A DNA stretch of 63,957 bases, filler included, from Piptocephalis cylindrospora (GCA_003614145.1; 10 parts of 10 records of this genome joined end to end with filler, not necessarily neighbours in it); one strand, 5' to 3'. Positions 36,298 through 48,868 are shown, counted from the first letter of the whole stretch. Notes: generated by a model not told the origin, from the sequence alone. Numbers and translations are program-made.

Positions 36298-38394
36298 ATG
36301 TTGAAGCGTATCAAGGTACTCTTCAACCACAACCATCCCAATTCCCCCTCCTCCTCCCCCCACCCAGAGAAGCCCCATAACAATTCTCCCGACCCTACTA
36401 CCAAGCCCCCACCTACTCCTCCTCTAGTTAAGAAGGAAGATAAGGCACCATCCTCGTCCTCGAGCGCCTCGTCCAACGACGCCATCACCCCTACCTCCTC
36501 TCCGGTCCAGCCCACAGGCACCCCGGACCTTTCTTTTATCACCTCTGCGGATACATCTCCTACGCCCGTCACCCCAGGAAACACTATGCTCGAAGGGCAC
36601 GCCGAGTCAACCTACAACCACCAGCATAGGGATAATAGCTTGTTCCCTGCCCCGGGCCACAAGGAAGATGGGAGTCCCAAGACCCCCGTACCCCATCTCC
36701 CCGATCTTAAGGGGTACATCTTGATGGAAAAGCTCGGAGACGGCGCCTTTTCCCAAGTCTACCGAGCCAAGGAACTAGCCACGGGCCTAGAAGTGGCCAT
36801 CAAGGTCGTCACCAAATCCCAGCTCAACCCAGCCCAGCGCACCAACATCCTCAAGGAGGTCACTATCACTCGTCAGCTCCGCCATCGTAACATTGTTCAG
36901 ATGCGCGCATTTTTCGACACTCCAGAACATTTTTACCTCGTCCTCGAGGTCATCCCCGGGGGTGAGCTCTTTCACCGTATTGTCCGTCTCACTTACTTCT
37001 CCGAACCATTGGCCCGACACGTTGCCCTTCAGATCGGGGAAGCCATTCGGTTCCTCCATCTAGAGCGAGGAGTCGTTCATCGGGATATCAAGCCTGAGAA
37101 CCTGCTCTTCGACCCCATCCCCCTCATCCCCTCATCTCCCTCTGCCAACACCGGCCAAGAAGCCAAGGTAGACGAGGGAAAATTCTGTCCCGGTCAGGGT
37201 GGAGGAGGCATTGGTCGTGTCGTTCTTGCCGACTTTGGCCTCTCCAAGGTCGTGTGGGCCGAGGATACTGCCACTCCGTGTGGTACCGTCGGCTATACCG
37301 CCCCAGAAATTGTACGAGATGAGCGCTACTCCACGGGCGTGGACATGTGGGCCCTCGGATGCGTTCTCTACACCATGCTCTGTGGCTTCCCTCCCTTCTA
37401 CGATGAAAATGTCCGTCAACTTACCGAAAAGGTCGCCCGCGGACAATACACTTTCCTATCCCCCTGGTGGGACGATATCTCCCCCGAGGCTAAGGACCTA
37501 GTCTCCCACCTTCTCGAGGTCGATCCCGCTAAGAGGTATAGCATTACTCAATTCCTCGAGCATCCTTGGTGCCAGGGCATGGAGCGGGGTCAGCCTTGCC
37601 CCATCCCCGTATCTGGTTCAATCGCAGGGTCCACCCCCACGTCCTCCCGGAAACCTCAACAAGTGGCCATGGGCTCCACCCCTGAGATGGAAGACCAGAT
37701 ATTTCACACTCCCGATACCCTGGTCGTTGGCTCCCCCTCTCCCGCTCTCAATATCCCCAAGAGGCGTGCCATCCCTGGTTCCCCTGCTACCCCTCTGGGT
37801 GAAGGGACCCACGCTGCTGGTGGAGGTGATCTTGTCATGAAAGCTGCTCTGGAGCTGGCTTATAGTGAGCAGCGCCACCGAGAGGATGCATGGTGCAAGG
37901 AAAGGGTCAGGAATCAACGCAAGGCCGCTGCCACCAAGGCGCCTGGCGGGTCCGGGACTGGGGGCGATGGTCCCTCCCGAGGTACTTCTAACCTACGCTC
38001 CACTTGGATGGCCGCCAGTACCAGCTCCGAGGATGATGACACTGACGTCGAGGACGATATCGTAGAAATTGGTATTGCTGGCAAGGATGAGCCTGTGGAT
38101 GTAGGGTACGCCGAGGCCCACGCCAGCCAACTTTCCTTTGCTGATATTTCCAAATCCCCAAAGAGACGTGTGATGAGGGATGAGGATCAGGACGAGAGGA
38201 AGCTTGAGCTTCAACGTACTCAGTGTGTCGAATCCAGCCAAACGACGATTACCAACGTTTCTCGCCGAAAGAAGCGTAATGCCAGCGGCGCTAGCGCTGG
38301 CAGCAACACCAGTGGAAGCAGCTTTGAACTCAACATGGATGCGTCCATGCTCCTCGCCCGCCGTCGTCAACATGGCGTCGCCTCGGGTGCTTAG
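36298..38394 (+). CDS. CAMK-group MAPK-activated protein kinase, Srk1/Rck2/Cmk2-like
   Basis: LGDGAFSQV, VAIK, GGELFHRIVRLTYFSEPLARHV, HRDIKPENLLF, DEGKF.PG.GGGGIG.V.LADFGLSK, TPCGTVGYTAPE, FLSPWWDDIS, C-terminal FELNMDASMLLARR. Confidence 0.95.
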   Translation: MLKRIKVLFNHNHPNSPSSSPHPEKPHNNSPDPTTKPPPTPPLVKKEDKAPSSSSSASSNDAITPTSSPVQPTGTPDLSFITSADTSPTPVTPGNTMLEGHAESTYNHQHRDNSLFPAPGHKEDGSPKTPVPHLPDLKGYILMEKLGDGAFSQVYRAKELATGLEVAIKVVTKSQLNPAQRTNILKEVTITRQLRHRNIVQMRAFFDTPEHFYLVLEVIPGGELFHRIVRLTYFSEPLARHVALQIGEAIRFLHLERGVVHRDIKPENLLFDPIPLIPSSPSANTGQEAKVDEGKFCPGQGGGGIGRVVLADFGLSKVVWAEDTATPCGTVGYTAPEIVRDERYSTGVDMWALGCVLYTMLCGFPPFYDENVRQLTEKVARGQYTFLSPWWDDISPEAKDLVSHLLEVDPAKRYSITQFLEHPWCQGMERGQPCPIPVSGSIAGSTPTSSRKPQQVAMGSTPEMEDQIFHTPDTLVVGSPSPALNIPKRRAIPGSPATPLGEGTHAAGGGDLVMKAALELAYSEQRHREDAWCKERVRNQRKAAATKAPGGSGTGGDGPSRGTSNLRSTWMAASTSSEDDDTDVEDDIVEIGIAGKDEPVDVGYAEAHASQLSFADISKSPKRRVMRDEDQDERKLELQRTQCVESSQTTITNVSRRKKRNASGASAGSNTSGSSFELNMDASMLLARRRQHGVASGA

Positions 38395-39126
38395 GTCTTC
38401 TTGGTCTTCTAAACTCTCCCTAAGCCATGTCTCTGATGTGTGCCTCTTAGTCTCATTTCCAAGACTCCTTTTTGTATGATGTACTTACCCTATTACTCCC
38501 TCTTTCATGGATGTGTTTGCTCGAGGCATTCAATCAGGGTATTTGCTTCCTCCTCCCACTTCCTCTTTGTGTCTTCCCCTCCCCCTTCCCCTCTTCCATA
38601 AAATTGATCGATTAGGGAAGACAGAATAACCCGTTCGGGAATGTCCATGTGCGCCCCATAATTCATGATTATTGGATAGAGGAAAGCTGTCTTACTAATG
38701 AAATAGGATGTAACGCAGCCTGTCTTCATACAAACCATGGTGTATGATGCCTGACTCACCCGTGTAAATCCTTGGTCATGAAGACGACAACTTCGATATC
38801 AAGTTAATGTACATTTAGCATATTTTTACACATCTGTCAGTGCCTTACACTTACTAAATAATAAGGGATTACAGTCATTCAAGGATGGGTTAGCCTATCC
38901 TACCTTGGGTACAACACCTAGGGCACTTCTGTGCTCAAGGTAACTTGAGGTAGTGGCTGACTTGGAGTAACGTAAAGTGCACATCTCCCTTGAAAGCTGC
39001 AGCGCTCCCATTTGGTGACAACACATTGTAATAGTAACGTCAAAAGAATTGGATAGGAAAAGAAAAATAAGTCCATTGAGAAGCAAGAATAGACGCGCGA
39101 GTGCAAGGAACAGGATGAAAAAAAAA

Positions 39127-39157
<31 letters not shown>

Positions 39158-39354
39158 AACAACAAAGGGGAAGGGGGGGGAGGAAGAAAAACCCATATTT
39201 AATTCCCCCGGAAAACAACACCCAGAAAAAAGGAGGAAAAGGGGAAGACACAGANNNNNNNNNNNNNNNNNNNNNNNNNNNNNNNNNNNNNNNNNNNNTT
39301 AATTAATTAANNNNNNNNNNNNNNNNNNNNNNNNNNNNNNNNNNNNNNNNNNNN

Positions 39355-40474
39355 ACAGAGTGGTAGGGGCCTTGGGGCCTTATTGTCTCCCGGAAGTCCA
39401 GGAAGGTCCAGAAGGTCTTTTACCCTGACTAGCACCTCCATGCCTAGTCTCCTACTCCTCACAGCCGGGGATAAGGGGGCTGAGGAGGATGAGGAGGAGG
39501 AGGAGGAAAGAGGGGGAGGAGAGGAGATCCCTGGGTTAAAGTCGATGGAACAATTACCTGATGATATGGGGTCGATTCATGAGGGGATAGTGGAGGGATC
39601 TGAGGGAGAGGCGGGTGAAGACGATTCGCAAATGTCCTCTGAGGGAGAGGAGAGACGGTGCAAAGAGGAAGCCTTGGTGGAGAGACGTCTTGAGCGTCTA
39701 GGCCTTCTGTCCTCCTCCTCCTCTTCATCGTCCAGGTCGTCGTACTCTACTCGATCGACTTCCAGATCCTCCTCGATCTCGTGTGCCTCATCCTCTCGAA
39801 GCGCATCACCTTGCAGTGGGACTGGGAGCAAGGGTGGTGGAAGTAGGTTTCGCCCTCTTTCCTCTTCCTCCTCCCCTTCTTCCTCCTCTCCTACCACCAT
39901 TAGAATACCACCTTTAGGCCCTCCTGTGTTGCCCGGGACCTCCACCGGGTCGATTGGATCGATGGAGTCCAATGGGTGGGATGGAAAGAGAGGGCCATCC
40001 CCTCCTTTTCCCGCCTCTGCTTTTTCCACTCCTACATTTCCACCTGGGCCACGCCATCCCTTCTTTGGGGGCACTTCCGTTTCCAGAGGATCCAGTGGAG
40101 CGGGAATGGGAGTGCGAGAGGGAGGTGAGGGGCTTGCCGAAGTGGTTGGGAGGATGCGTGAAGATCTTGGAAGGATGATGCGAGAGGTGGGGATGGATGT
40201 GTTGGGCCCCTCTTTTCCATCGAGATTACCCCTTACCCCCCTCACTCCAGGGGCCAAGGAAAGTGTTCAAGGAGAGCTGATGCGGTTGAATCAAGCCATC
40301 ACTGGATACCTTACCTTGCTCGGATCTGAGGTAGAGGAAGATCAAGGATCCCCCGCACACGATGCTCCGAAAGGAGGGCTGGAGGGTCAAGTCGAACGGG
40401 AAGTTCTTGAAAGGTTTGGTGACGCTCTAGTGGATCTTGTTCGAGCCAAGCTAAAGGACCCGACTGGGTGCTAG
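39355..40474 (+). CDS. C-terminal part of a large protein, possibly WDR62/MAPKBP1-like
   Basis: Open frame from the contig start, low complexity. Terminal helix EVLERFGDALVDLVRAKL resembles the MAPKBP1/WDR62 C-terminal helix; identity is tentative. Confidence 0.5.
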
Positions 40475-41970
40475 GGGCTCTCTTGGACTGGGTATTGAAA
40501 GGGGAGGGGAGGAGAGGGGGGGGGAGGCTTGAAAATTTCCGATTGGGCTAGGTCATGTGTGTATGTGAGAGAGTATCATGTTGTGTGGATGTATTACGAG
40601 TATACCGATGCAGAACCATGATGCAAGCTTTTAGCTGATAGAGGAAAATGACAAACCGAGGCTTGTGCGTCGAGGACGCGTGTGCTTTTTCTACTGAGGA
40701 TTGGTCCGCTTCAATGCTGATTGGATAGGCTGACGCCGGATCAACATCGGGGTTTTCACGTAGGTAAGTTGTCGGGATGGGTGATTGGTGAAGGGCTGGT
40801 GGTCGGGGTTTTCACGTCCATCTCTTTCTCACTCACTCATTCACTCTCTCCATCTCTACCCACACTCATTCTCGGACCTTCCACGTTGACTAGGTCGGAA
40901 GAGGGAGAGTCAGCCTCCTCCCCCCACACCTGTCTCCTGTGCCAAGGGGGATGGGGGGAGGCTTGGGCATGTCAGCCAGGCAGACAATCAGCCCGTGGAT
41001 GGAGCATCTTATCTTATTTCACAGGAGCAAGTGATGGGACAAAATGCGTGGTTGAGAGGGTAGGTATGTCTTGGACAGGGACGACCTTGAAGGCCATCTT
41101 CACTTCTCCTTCCACATACACAAACACAGACGCTCTGGTATTTTTCCCTCCTTGTCCAAAAAGGAATGGATTTGGTCAGTGAGTGGGTGAGAGAAGTAGG
41201 GATGGATGGATTGGGGGTACGCGGATCATCCAGCTCCTCTCCCTCTCCCAAAAGCGTACCCCTCCCATCCCCAGTGGTCTTACTCATCCGGTGTATGTGG
41301 CTGGTTCAAGGATCCCAGGAAGGAGATAGCGCGAGGGAGTGAGTGGGTCGTGGAAGGGGTGATTGGTGGTGAAGGGGATGTGCATGAGTGTTTGTCGTCG
41401 TCCCTTCCCTTCCCTTCGGCTCGCCCAGCCCTCTCTCTCCCGCTTCCCCTTCCCTTCACACCGCCACACTCCCTCGAAGAGCGGAGTCTCTTGGTCCCAA
41501 ACCCTCTTTTCCTTCCTTACATTTCACTTACCCTATATCCACTTAGTCTTATACCTTTCTTGTTGTTTCTCCATCTCACCCCTCGACAACCCTTCCCCTT
41601 CCTTCTCCCCTCTTGGTCACTCTTTCCCTCCTCCCCACCCCCCTCCCCTACACTTGTCCTTATAGTGTGCGTTCCTCTCTCTCTGTCTCTCTGTGTGTGT
41701 GTGTCTAGGGCTGTCATTGTTGGTCTCTCTCCTTGTGCTTAGACTCCTCCCTTTACCTCTCTTCCTTCCTTCCTTCCTCCCTCACTACGCTTTTAACCTT
41801 TCCCCTTGAGATCACACAGTAAACATCGTCATTACCGCTATTCCTCTCCGGACTTGGTGCTCCTTCCTTCCCCTTCTCTTCGTCATTTTCTCCCCTTCTT
41901 CTTCTTCTTCCTATTCCCACCATCTTCCCTTCTTTACCCCCCTTCACCCTTGAAAGTCCCACCAGCATGT

Positions 41971-43470
41971 ATGTCACCGAGGTCGCTGAGACTTCCGCCC
42001 CCCCTCCCTACCCCGCCGTGTACCCGGAGGATTGTGGGAGGGACTAGGGAAACGGGGTATTCGGGTAAGGTCCTACCCCGACCCCTCTCCCCCTTATCCC
42101 CAAAGCACGTCCAAAGCCTCCATGCTCCTTACTCCTCGGAGGATGATTCGGGATTTAGTGACGATCCCGACTCACGAATGTTCACTGGCCCCGCCCCCAC
42201 CCGTCTATCCCGATCACTCCACCCTTCCCATCTCGGAAGGCCCATCGATGAGGGTGATGATGAGAGCGTACGGGATGACGAGAGTGTACGACATGAGGAC
42301 GAGGATGAAGAGGAGGAAAGGGCCATTTTGGCCAGTATGGATCACTTGGAGCATCAAGATGATCTAGACGATCTGGATCTTAACTTGGATCTAGGAGACT
42401 TTAAAGGGGGGGAAGACATGTCTGAGGAAATGGAAATGCTTTATGAGAGTCTCACCATGGCCGAGGACAGGGCCAGGGACGCCGAAACCAAGGTCGATGA
42501 CCTAAGGATCCTCCTGGCTCGGGAAGCCCAAGGCCGGTTGGAGATGGAGAGTGAGTGTGATGTCCTTCGAGGGGAGATGTCTCGGTTACGCACTGTACAA
42601 CTTCAAAGAAAGGACACTAGTAAGACCCTGGTCGGAGAGGACAGATACGTGTACCGGAAGGGCCGACGGAACAAGGCTGACTCTGAGCCTACACGGCCCA
42701 CTTCTTTTTACGACGATGATGATGAGGGAGAGGAGGAGGAGGAGGAGGAAGAGGAGGAAGCAGTAGCGGAGGAGGAGCAGATGATCGGACATGGCCAGGC
42801 AGAAGGGGACAGCGCAATGCAAGAGCGTCTTTTGGAATTGGAGGAGCAGCTTCATGCATGGGAGGAATGGGGAATGGAGACACAAGCGTCGGCCAGCAAG
42901 GCGGTTCATCGATGGGAGTCCCTTCAGGGGGAAGTTCGGTCCCTCAAGTCCTCCCTCCTCCGCCTCCATTCCGCCTGGGGTATCGGAGTTTCAGACGGGG
43001 AGAGGGAGGTGTCGGAAGAAGAGGAGGAGGGGGAGAGAGAGGAGGCGTTTACGCCTTTTCAAGCCAGAGAGAAAGGCATAACTATGGATTCCATTGGCTC
43101 TGAATCTCAGTGGTCAGCTCAGGCTACTCAGGGAGGAGCAAGGGCCAAGGGAATGAGCGAGAGGGGCTTTCAAGAGGATGGAGCCATTGTCTATGATGCT
43201 CATTTTGGCCAAGTGTCCCAGGAGGACCTGGAGATTACTCGGATTGTCGATGAGGATGGAGAGATGGGTACATTGTCCCGGCCCTCCTCCACTCATGGTA
43301 TGTGTACCTGTGGGAAACGACGACCCATCCTGGAGGAGTCCAGCGATTCCCTGGAGGCCATTCCAAGTCCCGTACCGGACATGAAGGGCCTTGTCTCCAC
43401 CCAGGAAAAGCCCACTTCTTCCACTGCCTCTTGGATTGGACGACTGTTCTGTCTTTCTCCCTCCACCTAG
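41971..43470 (+). CDS. Hypothetical acidic coiled-coil protein
   Basis: ATG 41971 within the 554-aa ORF; two heptad-rich segments separated by poly-Glu tracts. Confidence 0.7.
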   Translation: MSPRSLRLPPPLPTPPCTRRIVGGTRETGYSGKVLPRPLSPLSPKHVQSLHAPYSSEDDSGFSDDPDSRMFTGPAPTRLSRSLHPSHLGRPIDEGDDESVRDDESVRHEDEDEEEERAILASMDHLEHQDDLDDLDLNLDLGDFKGGEDMSEEMEMLYESLTMAEDRARDAETKVDDLRILLAREAQGRLEMESECDVLRGEMSRLRTVQLQRKDTSKTLVGEDRYVYRKGRRNKADSEPTRPTSFYDDDDEGEEEEEEEEEEAVAEEEQMIGHGQAEGDSAMQERLLELEEQLHAWEEWGMETQASASKAVHRWESLQGEVRSLKSSLLRLHSAWGIGVSDGEREVSEEEEEGEREEAFTPFQAREKGITMDSIGSESQWSAQATQGGARAKGMSERGFQEDGAIVYDAHFGQVSQEDLEITRIVDEDGEMGTLSRPSSTHGMCTCGKRRPILEESSDSLEAIPSPVPDMKGLVSTQEKPTSSTASWIGRLFCLSPST

Positions 43471-45072
43471 ACACCTATGTTCCATGGGCCGGAATGTCTT
43501 GGATGATGATCTTGTGCGCTATCGGCGTGCGTGTACTATGTGTCTCTCTCTGGTTGATGCGAGTGATGTGATGTGATGTGATGGGGTAGACGTGTTCCTT
43601 TTGGAGGATGGGCAATGTGATGCGATAGGGGCAGGTGGAGGTATCCCTCCCTTGGTTGATGATGGAGATGTCCTTATCTTGATTGATATGTGATGTGACT
43701 GATGATGGTGTTCTTGAGATTTTTTCTTTCCTCGCCCTCTTATACGAGGAGTCCTTACCTGTCTTCCAGGGGATTGGCGATTATGTGACCCACCACCACC
43801 ACCCAAGAGAGGATGTTTCTGATACTCTTTTCCTAATAATAGCTTTATGCTCACATTCTTTTGATCATTTTCTGTTTTAATGTCGCTAGAGCGACGGCGG
43901 ACATGACGGAGATGGCACGCCACGCCTGGGGAAGCGGAGATGACACGCTCGTCCGTGGGAACCATCGGGGTATTAGGCTCGGTAGACGGGTGTGGGCTCA
44001 TCGCAAGCAACAATCATGAGACTCCTACTCATCGTACTTATCTCTTTCATTGGAGAAAAATGAGCAGGATTCAAGTCATTATTGTGCATCCCTCTTGTGA
44101 GCTGCCCGGAATTATCAACGTCTCATTTACCCGTTTACAGTCAAATAGTTGTGAATCCGTGTAGTCCTTAAGGTGCATTCTCTCCATGAGATAATACTTT
44201 TTTCAACAACGAGCTGACCGGAAATGGATTCTTCTTTCTAGAAAGATATCCACCAGAAGAAATTCAAGAACTGTTTCAAGTCAGGATTACCCATCCATTT
44301 TCTGTTACCGTATATGGATATCCAGGAGTGTGAAGCAATCCTCCTCATCTGAACGCGAAAGATCCTATCTATGGGGAGACAGGTACATCTCTGAGGTTGC
44401 CTTGAGTAAAGGATGTACTGATATGATCAACGAATTCTTTGCCTTCCCCACCGGCGAGGGGGACGCTGGTTCTCATTATGTACTGACACGGTTCGCGAAG
44501 ACGCCCACTGCTCCGCCGATGATTGGTGCTAAAAAGAAGCGGGGTTTGATTTTATTCTTGTGACCCGTCCCCATCCCAAGATGCCATTGGGCAGAATAAA
44601 GAGAAATAGAGCCCTGGGAGGCTGTGTACTGTGGGCTCTGGCATGCTGAAGTAGATGCATCCTACTGTTTGCTGCTGTGTACGTGCATCCCTGGGCAATG
44701 CGGTGAAGATCTTGTTTTTTACCTGCCCTTTAACGAAACGAACGAGACATCCTGAGTCATCCAAGCGGTGAGACACATACGCCCACCGCCCTTTGCGCAC
44801 TGAGGGGGCGTCATGGGCTGCTGTTCTCCCTTTGGCCCGGACGCACACGTCCCTTCCTTATCTCCCAGGCATGTCTGTAGTAAGGGTGAGCGCGTGCGCG
44901 CCTGGAGAAAAAAGGTCAGGGGCCCCTAATGATCCCTAAGCCTGGAGCCCTGAGCAAGGGGTTATAAAGAGACTCGTTTACCTCCCAGCCCCATGTCTCT
45001 CCCTTCCCTTCACCGCTCCCATCTCCTCCTCCTCTTCTTTCCTACCCTCTCTCTATCTTTTCCCCAAAACTT

Positions 45073-45787
45073 ATGACCCTGGACATTACCACTTGTTCCA
45101 ACAGCCAAGGCTGGGTAAGTCTCCTGTTGGATCTCGTCATCCTTCTCTCTCTCTCTCTCTCTCGACACGCTCACATACCCACCTCCCATTCTATAGGGTC
45201 CATTCACCCCAGATAACCCTTTGGTCCCCACTGTGTGCTTTGTTGAGAGCGTCATCCTTCCCCTTCCCTTTATCCTCGCCTGCTTTGCCGGCCTCGTTCG
45301 TCTACGCTCTCTCATTGACCGGCCGAGTATCTATCCTTGTCAAGGCAGTCTCTTTATCTCCAAGCTGGTACGTCCTTTTCTTGCATTTCTTCCCCTATCC
45401 TTATCTCATCTCTTTCCTACAAAAGATCGTCGCAGGCCTCTTCTCCCTAGTTTTGGCCCTTCAGCTCCTCGGGGCCATCATTGATCCTGATCATCATGCC
45501 CCAGGTATCCCCTTATTAGGCCCTATCCTCTCTCTTGCCTCCTCTCTATTTATCATCTATCTCACCCTTTTGGAACACCGAAGGAACCCCTTTACCTCCT
45601 CCATCCTCCTCCTCTTCTGGCTCATCACCATCCTCACCTCCTCCGTCCATCTCATCTCCCTCACCTCCTTGTTCTCCTCCATCTCCGACTCCAATGCCAA
45701 TCATCATTTCCTCCCATGGGCCTCCCTGCCCTCCGCTCAGATCCTCCTGGCTCTGGTTGCCTTCCTTCTTGAACTTTCTCCAAAGGC
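45073..45787 (+). CDS. ABCC/MRP (YCF1-like) transporter, N-terminal TMD0 only, truncated
   Basis: Spliced MTLDITTCSNSQGW|GPFTPDNPLVPTVCFVESVIL..SKL|IVAGLF..LEHRRNPFTSSILLLFWL, matching the C-x3-[EQ]GWGP..T.CF TMD0 pattern. Confidence 0.8.
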
Positions 45788-45887
45788 NNNNNNNNNNNNN
45801 NNNNNNNNNNNNNNNNNNNNNNNNNNNNNNNTTAATTAATTAANNNNNNNNNNNNNNNNNNNNNNNNNNNNNNNNNNNNNNNNNNNN

Positions 45888-46988
45888 TGTCTTTGCCCCT
45901 CGCAACATCTTTCTACAGTATCTGGATCAGCATCAGCTTGGTACGCCTCCACGCCTTAGGATGGGGACAGGGGGACATACACCTTACTCACCTCCTCTCT
46001 CTTCCCCATTTTCCCAGATGTCCCAGTGGTCATCCTCGCCATGCTCTACGTGGCTAATAGATTAGGAGTCGGATTTGCAAAGCCCTTCCTCACTCTCTCC
46101 TACCCAGAAAAGAAGGGAACATACATCAGAGGCGAAGATGATATTTATCTAGCCATCACCCTCCTCCTGGTCATCACGGCCGCAAGGGCCGCCATCATGC
46201 GCTTTATCCTCTCTCCCCTGGCCCGCTTCTCCGGCGTCCGGAGGAAGCTCAAGGTCGATCGCTTTGCCGAACAGGCCTGGATCGTCCTTTGGGCCTCCTT
46301 CTCCCTCACGTATGGTCTCATCCTCATGAAAGATGCCCCGTACTGGAATAACTCGGCCCACTTCTGGAAGGATTACCCCCATCTTCATTACCAGCCCGCC
46401 TTCAAGTTCTACTATATCATGCAAGCCGCCTTCTGGTCCGCCCAGATCGTCGTCCTCAACATCGAGAAGCCTCGCAAGGATTATGTCGAGATGCTCCTCC
46501 ATCATCTCGTCACCATTTCCCTCATCTCCCTTTCCTACACCTTCCACCTTACCCGTGTCGGTCACGCCATCCTATGCATCACCGACATCTCCGATATCTT
46601 CCTCTCCTTCGCCAAGTGTCTTCGCTACGCCGGCTTCACCACCTCATGTGACGCCATCTTTGGCATCTTTGTCCTTTCCTGGGTCTACTCCCGCTTCTAC
46701 CTCCTCGGCCGTGTCAGCTACTCTGTCACCTTCGAGGCCCGTGATTATCTCACCATCGGCTGGAACCCCTCCACCGGTCATTACCTTACCGAGAACAACG
46801 TCTGGATCTTTGTCTTTCTCCTTAGCTGTCTCATGGCCCTCATGATCTTTTGGTTTGTCCTCATCGTCAAGGTCATCGTCCGGGTCCTTGGTGGCGTTGG
46901 CGCCGAGGACAACCGAAGTGACGATGAGGATGATGGTGAGGAGGAGGAAGCCACTGATGAGGCCATGCAGGTGGATAAGCAGGAATAG
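45888..46988 (+). CDS. Ceramide synthase (Lag1/Lac1, TLC domain), 5'-truncated; intron ~45941-46017
   Basis: RFAEQAW and Lag1p motif RKDYVEMLLHHLVT..SY..TRVG..DISDIFLSFAK; C-terminal AEDNRSDDE. Confidence 0.95.
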
Positions 46989-47176
46989 TTCCCAAAGAAG
47001 GGGCCCCGGTGTGTTCTGGTTTCCATGGGGAAGTAAAGGATACAATAGATAGTGTGTATCCTCTCTCTCTCTCTCTCTATCCAATTATTATCCTATCCAG
47101 ACATCACACCATGATCGTCAACTCTTTTTTTAAAAAATTCTCCCATCTCTCCCCCCTTCCGTCACAAAGAACACGC

Positions 47177-48868
47177 TCACATCCGCTCAAGGGGAGTCAA
47201 ACCAAGCATCCTCAGAGCATTGCCAAGTGTCACCCGGGCACAGTGGTACATGAGGAGGCGGGCCTCGGCCACATTGGCCTCCTGGCCCACCACCCACAAT
47301 TCACTGAATGCCACGCTCACCGCATGCGACACCTTCATCACATACTGCACCACCGAGCACGGTTCAAGCGAGGACAGCGCTCCGAGCACCACATCTGGGT
47401 ACTGGGCCAGCAGCTGGATCAGCTCGTACGCCGAAGGCTCCGTCAGCAGAGACAGATCCGCATCGGCCCGCGCAGTATGCGTGGCATTTCGCTCAATTGA
47501 GCACAGGCGAGCATGGGCGTACTGCAAGTATGGGCCGGTATCGCCCTCAAAGGAGAAGATCCGATCCCAGTCAAAGTCGTAGTTCTTAATCCGGCGCGCC
47601 GACATGTCCTGGATCATCACGGCCGATCGGCCGACAATGTCGGCCACCCGCTCAGGCTCGGGTACCTGCGCATACTTGGCCTCATTCTCCCGCATCTTGG
47701 TGTGCATCGTCTCCTTGGTATCCTCCAGGATGTTGTCCAGAAAGACCGCCGTGCCCTTACGCGTCGAGATCCCGTTGATCATCCCAAAGGAGATGTGCGT
47801 GCACTTGGATGCCCACTCGAATCCGAGCTTCTCAAGGATCTTGAACAGTTGCCTCAGGTGAAGCTCCTGCTGCGACGCCACCACGTAGTACATCCGGTCA
47901 AACTTGTACTTCTCGTACCTCTCCATGGCTGCTCCAATATCACGAGTAATGTAGAGGGTTGTCCCGTCCTTCTTCTCCACCACCGCTGTTCCCATCTTGT
48001 CGGCCTTCAGGTCGACAATCTTGGCTCCCTCAGAGTCAATCAAGAGGCCCGTTTCCTGGAGGAGTCCCAAGGCCCGACGCATCCCATCGTCCACCTGAGA
48101 CTCACCCGAGTACACATCAAAGTGAATGTTGAGCCGAGCGTACGTCTCCTTGTACTTGACGATCGACAGATCCCGGAACCGACGCCACTGGCTAAGAGCC
48201 TCCTCATCCCCATCCTCCATCCGCTTAAAATACGCACGCGCCTCGTCGTGGATCTCGGGCTCAGCTTCGGCGTCCTTGTTGATTGCTACGTACACGTCGT
48301 ACAAGTGCTTGATCGGGTCCGCGGCCAGCTTATCCGCATCCCCATGTCGGCCAAACCCAACAGCCAGAAGCCCATATTGCTTTCCCCAGTCCCCGAGGTA
48401 GTTCATCGCAATTGTCTCGTATCCACACACATCGTGCACGTTCCGGACAAAGGATCCAATGATTGTCGATCGAAGATGGCCCGCGTGGAACGGCTTGGCA
48501 ATGTTGGGGGAGCTAAACTCCACAATGATCCTCTTTCCATTTCCCGTCTCGTTCTTTCCATAGGCCTCGCCAGCCTTGGCAATCTGGGGCAGGAGCATGT
48601 TCCGAAGATATTCCTTGGAGATCCGGAAGTTGAGGAAGGGGCCAGCCGGCTCGGCCGACGTCACTAGCTCGTTGGGCACGAACTTCTCCGCGACCTCCTT
48701 GGAGAACGCCGCTGGGTTGCCCTTGAGCCGAAGTCGGGGGATGGCCACGGCAAAGTCACCATGCTCCGGGGACTTGGGTGCCCCAATGGCCGTCAGGACC
48801 AGAGCGCGGTCGGCTCCGGTGACCGAGGAAACCTGGTCGGCAATGTAAGCCTTGAATTCGTCGAGCAT
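47177..48868 (-). CDS. Arginine--tRNA ligase, fungal YDR341C type, intronless
   Basis: VEFSSPNIAKPFHAGHLRSTIIG, NYLGDWGKQ, DGTTLYITRD, FEGDTGPYLQYAHARL, LGLTPLERM. Confidence 0.98.
   Translation of the reverse strand: MLDEFKAYIADQVSSVTGADRALVLTAIGAPKSPEHGDFAVAIPRLRLKGNPAAFSKEVAEKFVPNELVTSAEPAGPFLNFRISKEYLRNMLLPQIAKAGEAYGKNETGNGKRIIVEFSSPNIAKPFHAGHLRSTIIGSFVRNVHDVCGYETIAMNYLGDWGKQYGLLAVGFGRHGDADKLAADPIKHLYDVYVAINKDAEAEPEIHDEARAYFKRMEDGDEEALSQWRRFRDLSIVKYKETYARLNIHFDVYSGESQVDDGMRRALGLLQETGLLIDSEGAKIVDLKADKMGTAVVEKKDGTTLYITRDIGAAMERYEKYKFDRMYYVVASQQELHLRQLFKILEKLGFEWASKCTHISFGMINGISTRKGTAVFLDNILEDTKETMHTKMRENEAKYAQVPEPERVADIVGRSAVMIQDMSARRIKNYDFDWDRIFSFEGDTGPYLQYAHARLCSIERNATHTARADADLSLLTEPSAYELIQLLAQYPDVVLGALSSLEPCSVVQYVMKVSHAVSVAFSELWVVGQEANVAEARLLMYHCARVTLGNALRMLGLTPLERM

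Noticed and set aside
47513..48667. Long antisense or overlapping ORFs (for example 384 aa opposite ArgRS, 342-aa 5' extension region 24664-25527)
   Set aside because: Shadows of codon bias or pyrimidine-rich UTRs; no domain features.
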